A stretch of DNA of 64,000 bases from the NCBI GenBank assembly GCA_964576115.1, contig CAZNUA010000001.1:1-64000 (forward strand). Reading direction: 5' to 3'. The translations under genes and the position numbers were made by a program. Every line of letters begins with the position of its first letter. Position 1 is the stretch's first letter. This DNA comes from an uncultured Gemmatimonadota bacterium. GTDB lineage: Bacteria; Blakebacterota; Blakebacteria; Blakebacterales; Blakebacteraceae. This document shows, piece by piece, positions 58,113-64,000 of this stretch. Below the pieces are notes generated by a model, which worked only from the letters and a program-made list of their open reading frames with translations, was not told the origin of the DNA and did no database searches.

Positions 58113-60596
58113 ATGGAAAGACCGATCACCGCCGACAGACTCGTCAGCGATCTGCGTCAGGCGGTCCGCACCTTCCGCCGTTATCCCGGGTATGTCGCGA
58201 TCGCCGTGCTCAGTCTCGGACTCGGTATTGGAGTCGATACGGCCCTGTTCAGTCTCTACAGCACCTTCGTGCTGCGGGACCTGCCGGTGCGCGAGCCCGA
58301 GAGTCTTCTCGATCTGTATTCGTGCCCTCTCGAGGAGAGTGACGCCTCCGAATTCGGTCCTCTGTCCTATCCCGACCTGCGGGATATTCGCGATCAGAGT
58401 CGGGCGGTCTTCGAAGACCTGGCCATCTATGCCGCCGTGTTCGCCTCGACCGATACCGACGAGGGCTACCAGACCCTTTTCGGCGAGCAGGTCAGCCGGA
58501 ACTACTTCGAGGTGCTGGGAATCGCTCCGGTGCTGGGACAGACCTTCTCGAGCGGGGACCCGGAAACCGCTTCCGGTCCCGACCCGGTCGTGGTACTCAG
58601 TTACGGTTTCTGGCAGAGCCGGTTCGGCGGCGATCCGGCCGTCATCGGGAATACTCTCGTCATCAGCGGTCTCGACTTGCGGATCATCGGGATCGCGCCC
58701 GCGGAGTACCCCGGGATGTTCCGGCTGAACGCCGATTTCTGGTATCCGCTGGAACTCGAAAGGCTCCTGCGTCCGGCGAGCGTTCTGCTCACCTCACGCA
58801 CCATGCGCACCCTCTTCGCCAAAGCACGGCTGCAACCGGAGGCAACGTTCACCGAGGCCCGGGCCGCCCTGGACCTCATCGGCTCCCGTCTGGCCGCTGA
58901 ATACGTCGAAGCCGATGCGGAGCAGCAGCTGGTGGCCGTACCGTCGCGTGACGTCAGTATCCACCCCTTCATCGACTCGATCGTCAGCGGAACGTTCCTC
59001 TTCCTTATGGGACTGGTGGGTATCGTGTTGCTGATCGCCTGCCTCAACCTGGCCGGCCTGGTGCTCACGCGGGCCGTTTCCCGACAGCGCGAGCTGGGTA
59101 TCCGCCTGGCCCTGGGAGCCGGCCGCGGCGAACTCATCCGGACTCTGCTGACCGAGAGCATCCTGCTCTCGCTGCTGGGCGGAGCCGCCGGACTCCTGGT
59201 CGCGCGTCTGCTGCTGCAAGCCCTGACCTCGGTGCAGCCCCCCACCCCGGTGGCCATCAACCTGCCGCTCGGATTCAGGGGCGACGTGCTGCTCTTCGCT
59301 CTCTCGATTTCGGTTCTCACCGGGCTCGTCTTCGGGCTCCTGCCGGCCTTCCGTGTCACACGGCCCGAGCTGGCAGGCGTTCTGCAGGGCGGCCGGACTC
59401 CGGGCCGCAGTTTCACCGGCCGGCTGAGGGGACGGAAGATCCTGATCGTCGCCCAGGTGGCGACTTCGGTCGTTTTGCTCGTCTTTTCGGGTCTGTTTGT
59501 GCGCAGTCTTTCCCGGACCGCTTCGGTCGATCCCGGCTTCGATCTCGAAACCGGAATCATCGCCCTGCTCATGCCCGAGGAGCGCGGCTTCAGTGAACGG
59601 GAAACCCATGCCTTTTTCACCGAGCTGACCGCCGCCGTCGAGACCCTGCCCGGCATCGAGTCGGCCGCCCTGACCGAGATCTTCCCGCTCGGTCTGGCCG
59701 TCAGCCGCCGCCGGTTCATCCCGTTAAACGATGTCACCGAGGACGACGAGGAGGGCTCCGAGGTCGACTGCTCGGCCGTCAGCGACGGCTACTTCCGGAC
59801 CATGGGTATCCCGATCCTGTCCGGCCGCGGCTTCGACGAATCGGACCGCCCGGGCAGCGAACCGGTGGTCGTCATCAACGAGCGCTTTGCCCGCACGGCC
59901 TGGCCCGAGGGTAATGCGGTCGGTCGGAGAATCCGGTCGGGCGGACGCGCTTCCCGCACCTGGACCGTGGCGGGAGTCGCCGCCGACGGCAGTTATCGTT
60001 CGCTTGGCGAAACGCCGCGTCCCTACGTCTATCTGCCCCTGTCCCAGGAGGCGGCCGGAATCGTGAACCTGGTCGTCCGTACGCACACTGCCGGCCGCGA
60101 CCACATCACGGCCGTCCGGGACTGCATCCGGGGCGTCGATCGACGGGTACCGATCACCAACCTCGTCACGGTCCGCCGACAGATGGAACTTGCTCTCTTC
60201 CTGCCCCGCACCCTGGCCGTTCTGCTGGGCTCCCTGGGACTGCTTGCCCTGTTGCTCGCACTGACCGGCCTCTACGGCACGATCTCGTTCGACGCCTCCC
60301 GCCGCCTGCCGGAGATGGGCATCAGGCTGGCCCTGGGAGCCCGCGAGTCCGACATCCTCCGGCTGATCATGCGCGGCAGCCTCGCCCTGGTCGGCCCGGG
60401 TACGCTGTTGGGACTGATCGTGGCCGCCCTGACGACCAGACTTGCCGTCGCCCTGCTCAGCGGTCTCCATCCGGTCGATCCCGTCACCTTCGCGGGCGTA
60501 CCGGCTCTCTTTGTCGCCGTCGCGATCATCGCCACTCTGCCCCCCGCCCGGCGGATCTCCCGGATCGATATCGTCGAGGCGATCGGAGTCGAATGA
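58113..60596 (+). CDS. ADOP-type duplicated MacB/FtsX ABC permease
   Basis: DLRQAVRTFRRYPG, LGLGIG, LLIACLNLAG, RELGIRLALGA, EMGIRLALGA; close paralog of 27874-30339. Confidence 0.92.
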   Translation: MERPITADRLVSDLRQAVRTFRRYPGYVAIAVLSLGLGIGVDTALFSLYSTFVLRDLPVREPESLLDLYSCPLEESDASEFGPLSYPDLRDIRDQSRAVFEDLAIYAAVFASTDTDEGYQTLFGEQVSRNYFEVLGIAPVLGQTFSSGDPETASGPDPVVVLSYGFWQSRFGGDPAVIGNTLVISGLDLRIIGIAPAEYPGMFRLNADFWYPLELERLLRPASVLLTSRTMRTLFAKARLQPEATFTEARAALDLIGSRLAAEYVEADAEQQLVAVPSRDVSIHPFIDSIVSGTFLFLMGLVGIVLLIACLNLAGLVLTRAVSRQRELGIRLALGAGRGELIRTLLTESILLSLLGGAAGLLVARLLLQALTSVQPPTPVAINLPLGFRGDVLLFALSISVLTGLVFGLLPAFRVTRPELAGVLQGGRTPGRSFTGRLRGRKILIVAQVATSVVLLVFSGLFVRSLSRTASVDPGFDLETGIIALLMPEERGFSERETHAFFTELTAAVETLPGIESAALTEIFPLGLAVSRRRFIPLNDVTEDDEEGSEVDCSAVSDGYFRTMGIPILSGRGFDESDRPGSEPVVVINERFARTAWPEGNAVGRRIRSGGRASRTWTVAGVAADGSYRSLGETPRPYVYLPLSQEAAGIVNLVVRTHTAGRDHITAVRDCIRGVDRRVPITNLVTVRRQMELALFLPRTLAVLLGSLGLLALLLALTGLYGTISFDASRRLPEMGIRLALGARESDILRLIMRGSLALVGPGTLLGLIVAALTTRLAVALLSGLHPVDPVTFAGVPALFVAVAIIATLPPARRISRIDIVEAIGVE

Positions 60597-61624
60597 CACG
60601 ATCCGGGGAAAGGACGACTCCCATGATTCGATCGTCACTGATTCTGGTCGCCATCCTGACCTGCCTGCCGGCGGGCCGAACCGCCGGCCAGCACACCGGA
60701 GAGGTCGAGCGCGGCATCGCTCTGTTCGAATCGGGTCGGGAGGCAGAAGCCGAAGAGATTTTCCGCACCCAGCTCGATCGCGATCAGGGGAATCACACAG
60801 CCGCCTTCTATCTCGGCCGGATCCTCTATGACCGGGAGGAGTATGACGAGGCCGCCGACTGGCTCGAAAAAGCGGTCGCCGCCGAGGACGACAACGTGCT
60901 CTATCACCAGTGGGTGCTCAAGGCGTACGAGCGGCAGGCCCAGAGCGCCGGCCCGATCAAGGCCCTGGGGATACTGAAACGCACGCTGAGCGAACTCGAA
61001 CGTGTGCTCGAACTCGATCCCCGGGCACACGATGAGCGACGGACCCTGGCCCAGTTCTATCTGCGGGTACCCGGTCTGCTGGGCGGCGATCGCGATCGGG
61101 CGCTGGAATTGATCGATGAAGCGGCCTCGCTCGACCGTCCCACATGGCACCTGATGCGGGCCGATCTGTTCGACACCGACAAGGAGTATGACCGGGCCGA
61201 ACAGGAATACCGGACCCTCATCAGCGAGTATCCCGACGATCCGGGGCACCCTGAATCCCTGGCGTATTTCTACCTCGATCAGGACCAGGACCGGAAGGCC
61301 GTCAATCTGCTCCTCGAGTCCGCCGCCCGGTTTCCCGACGATCTCTCAACCCGCTACAGCCTCGGACGTGCCTGCGCCCTGACCGGGTTGGCTCTCGACG
61401 AGGGCGAGGCGGCCCTGCAGGCATATCTCGCAAGCGAACCGGGAGCCGATCAGCCCACCTACGCCGACGCCCACTGGCGGTTGGGCCTGATCGAGGAACA
61501 CCGCGGTGATACCGACGCCGCGCGCACGGCCTACGAGACGGCCCTGCGCCTGGAACCCGATCACCGCCAGGCCAGACGGGCACTCCGGAAACTGAAAGAT
61601 GAAGAGAACGCCGCCGGGTTCTGA
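60593..61624 (+). CDS. Secreted tetratricopeptide repeat protein (paralog of 20599-21660)
   Basis: TPR units AFYLGRIL and AHWRLGLI...LRLEPDH; either overlaps the permease stop (ATGA) or starts at 60623. Confidence 0.87.
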   Translation: MTRSGERTTPMIRSSLILVAILTCLPAGRTAGQHTGEVERGIALFESGREAEAEEIFRTQLDRDQGNHTAAFYLGRILYDREEYDEAADWLEKAVAAEDDNVLYHQWVLKAYERQAQSAGPIKALGILKRTLSELERVLELDPRAHDERRTLAQFYLRVPGLLGGDRDRALELIDEAASLDRPTWHLMRADLFDTDKEYDRAEQEYRTLISEYPDDPGHPESLAYFYLDQDQDRKAVNLLLESAARFPDDLSTRYSLGRACALTGLALDEGEAALQAYLASEPGADQPTYADAHWRLGLIEEHRGDTDAARTAYETALRLEPDHRQARRALRKLKDEENAAGF

Positions 61625-61642
61625 ATCGGTGAGGATACCGCG

Positions 61643-63313
61643 CTACCGGCTCGTCGAACCCGGCGTCGGCTGATTATCAGTGGCGGCGGCCCGATCGTAC
61701 ACCACCCGGCCGCCGAGGACGGTATAGTCAACCCTGGTACGGAAGAGGCGCCAGGACTGGCCGTCCATGATGTCTTCGGAAAGCACCACCATATCGGCCA
61801 GCTTGCCCACCTCGAGCGAACCCAGGTCGTTCTCGCGGAACATGGCCCAGGCCGAACCCATGGTGTAGTGGTAGATCGCCTCTTCGATGTTCAGGCGCTG
61901 TTCCTCGTACCGGGTGGTGAGCCGGAAGAGGTTGCCCATCGGATTGAGATCCGAGACCGGCCAGTCGGTCCCCCATGCCAGATGAGCGTCGTTGTCGAGC
62001 AGGGTGCGCCACATGTCCACCCGATGGGCCCGCTCGACTCCGAGCCGCTGTTCCCGGTACTCCTGGTCGCCTGTAATATCGGGCTGCATCGAAGCGATCA
62101 TCCCGAGTTCGGCAAAGCGGGCGGTGTCCTCCACGAGCATCACCGTGCCGTGCTCGACCCGGTGGCGCAGGCCCTTCACCCCATGGGCCTGCTGGGCACG
62201 CTCGACCGCGTTCAGAACCCAGTGCACGGCCCGGTCGCCGATGGCGTGCACGCCGACCTGGATCCCGGCCGCGTGGAGGCGGTCAACCAGGGCGTAGAAC
62301 TCCTCCTCGCTCATCTGGGCCAGGCCGCGGTTGCCCGGCTCTTCGGCGAAATCCTCGAAGAGAAAGGCAGTCCGCACCCCGATTGTGCCGTCGAGGAAGA
62401 GCTTGAGCATGCCGGTGCGGATCATGTCATCGCCCTGATCGTGCCGTATGCCCCGTTCGATGCACTCGTCCACCTCCCACGACCCGAGCCAGCCGCAGAT
62501 CCGCAGGGTGAGTTCGCCTGAATCGGCCATCTCGCGGTAGATGGCGCGTTGTTCGTCGTTCGCGGAGGTGCCGGCACAGGTCACGCCGACCCGGCGGGCG
62601 TAGGCGACCGCCTCCTCGATGAAATCGCGTGTAGTCCAGGGCATCGGCACGCGCAGCAGGCTCGCGGCGGCTTCTTTGAGGATGCCGGTCGGCTCCCCCG
62701 TGGCGGGGTCGAGTACGATCTCGCCGCCGTAGGGCACCTCACTCTCAGCGGTGATCCCGGAGATTTCGAGGGCTTTCGAATTGACCCAGACGGCATGCCC
62801 GCCGCTGCGCTGGATAACCACCGGATTGTCGGGCGAGACCGGATCGAGCAGCTCCCTGGTCGGCCAGCCCAGGCCTTCGAAGAGATCGGTGCTCGGGAAG
62901 GAGGCGGTGGCATACACTGCCTGTCCGGCCTGAATCCGGGCGATCTCTTCGGTCAACCGGGCGCGGATCGTCTCGGCCGTACCGCCCCGCAGGTCGATCT
63001 GGTTACGGGAATACCCGCCGGAGGGCAGGTGGCAGTGGGCATCGATGAAACCGGGCAGGACCAGGCGACCGCCGGCATCGAGGACGTCGGTCCGGCGGTT
63101 GATGTACCGCCTGACCTCCCGTTCGGTGCCCACGGCGATGATCCTTCCCCCGGCCACCGCGATCGCTTCGGCCCGAGGATGGGCTTCGTCGACGGTCCAG
63201 ATGTTGGCGTTGACGACAGCGAATTCGGCCCGCTGGGGCTGGGCTGAAGCCCCGGCCGGCGGTAGACACGCCAGGGCGCAGAGCGAGAAAAGCAGAAGCC
63301 GGTATCGACGCAT
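61643..63313 (-). CDS. Secreted amidohydrolase family 3 (YtcJ-like)
   Basis: PGFIDAHCH, GHAVWVNSKAL, KLFLDG, HAIGDRA, RHRVEH, GTDWPV, GSLEVGKLAD. Confidence 0.92.
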   Translation of the reverse strand: MRRYRLLLFSLCALACLPPAGASAQPQRAEFAVVNANIWTVDEAHPRAEAIAVAGGRIIAVGTEREVRRYINRRTDVLDAGGRLVLPGFIDAHCHLPSGGYSRNQIDLRGGTAETIRARLTEEIARIQAGQAVYATASFPSTDLFEGLGWPTRELLDPVSPDNPVVIQRSGGHAVWVNSKALEISGITAESEVPYGGEIVLDPATGEPTGILKEAAASLLRVPMPWTTRDFIEEAVAYARRVGVTCAGTSANDEQRAIYREMADSGELTLRICGWLGSWEVDECIERGIRHDQGDDMIRTGMLKLFLDGTIGVRTAFLFEDFAEEPGNRGLAQMSEEEFYALVDRLHAAGIQVGVHAIGDRAVHWVLNAVERAQQAHGVKGLRHRVEHGTVMLVEDTARFAELGMIASMQPDITGDQEYREQRLGVERAHRVDMWRTLLDNDAHLAWGTDWPVSDLNPMGNLFRLTTRYEEQRLNIEEAIYHYTMGSAWAMFRENDLGSLEVGKLADMVVLSEDIMDGQSWRLFRTRVDYTVLGGRVVYDRAAATDNQPTPGSTSR

Positions 63314-63315
63314 CC

Positions 63316-63999
63316 CTACCGGCCCCGGCGCAGGTGGACGGTGCCGTTGGTGGTGCGGATCCGGATCAGGTGCTCGCCCCCGCCGGTGGCGAGTCGGCCG
63401 AAACGGATCTTGCGGGGGGTACCCTGAGAGTCGTCCCATTCTTCGCTCTCGCTCATCTCTATGCCGATATCGTCGATGATCCGGGCATCCCGTTCATGGC
63501 CGCGGGTGAAGGCGGCTTCGATCTCGACCCGCATCGAGAGCCCGTCGGGCACCGTCAGCCAGACATCGCCGTAGCCCGTGAGCAGGGTAACACCCCGCTC
63601 GCCCTCGGCCGGATCGCCGACCATCGTCACCCGGATGTCACCGGCACCGGTCGTAGCTTCGACCCGGCCGTCGATCGAGTTGATCCGTATGTCGCCTCCT
63701 CCGGTGTGAGCCTCCGCGTACGAGCCGGCCGAACCGATCCAGATGTCGCCCCCGCCGGTACGCACATCGGCCCCGGCCGGGGCCTCGTCGACATCGATCG
63801 AGCCGCCGGCGTTGCGGATGTAGACGGCATCGGCGGGATAGATCCGGTGCGGAGTCCGGACGTTCACGAAGCGAACCTCACCCCCACCCGAATGGGCCTC
63901 GATGTCACCGGTCACGTTCTCGACCAGGACCGGCCCGCCGCCGGTCCGCACGTATCCGTCCAGTTCGCTGTCGCGCAGGGTGATCCGGCCCCCGGCCGT
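63316..63999 (-). CDS. DUF4097/adhesin-like beta-strand repeat protein (5' truncated by window)
   Basis: Repeated (T/S)GGG(D/E)(I/V) units; frame open to the window edge; ends GGGEHLIRIRTTNGTVHLRR. Confidence 0.8.
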   Translation of the reverse strand, partial: TAGGRITLRDSELDGYVRTGGGPVLVENVTGDIEAHSGGGEVRFVNVRTPHRIYPADAVYIRNAGGSIDVDEAPAGADVRTGGGDIWIGSAGSYAEAHTGGGDIRINSIDGRVEATTGAGDIRVTMVGDPAEGERGVTLLTGYGDVWLTVPDGLSMRVEIEAAFTRGHERDARIIDDIGIEMSESEEWDDSQGTPRKIRFGRLATGGGEHLIRIRTTNGTVHLRRGR

Positions 64000-64000
64000 G

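Overview
A 64-kb stretch of high-GC bacterial chromosome, probably from a diderm because it has many signal peptides, lipoproteins, Tat substrates and beta-barrels. One 100-N scaffold gap suggests a draft or metagenomic assembly. I call 43 CDS. I found no tRNA, rRNA, CRISPR array, integrase or transposase. Much of the content is peptide and amide catabolism: a penicillin-acylase 3' end, C69 dipeptidase, asparaginase, amidase, two S9 peptidases, an amidohydrolase and a VorCBA-type 2-oxoacid:ferredoxin oxidoreductase. There are also Tat-exported carbohydrate enzymes (GH127-like with LamG, Gfo/Idh/MocA, HEAT-DUF1080, TIM-barrel isomerase), three orphan ADOP-type permeases and two paralogous TPR proteins. 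The most notable items are: (1) a translationally coupled pentaheme cytochrome c and Cyc2-like cytochrome-porin pair, a candidate extracellular electron-transfer conduit; (2) an archaeal-type HMG-CoA synthase/thiolase/DUF35 operon; (3) an orphan sigma-54-like promoter with an IHF-like site; (4) a decayed second rsgA fragment beside a 38-bp repeat that recurs 4.26 kb away; (5) structured leaders upstream of csp and vor; (6) an aminotransferase plus cyclodeaminase-family pair. All calls come from reading motifs by eye; no database searches were run.
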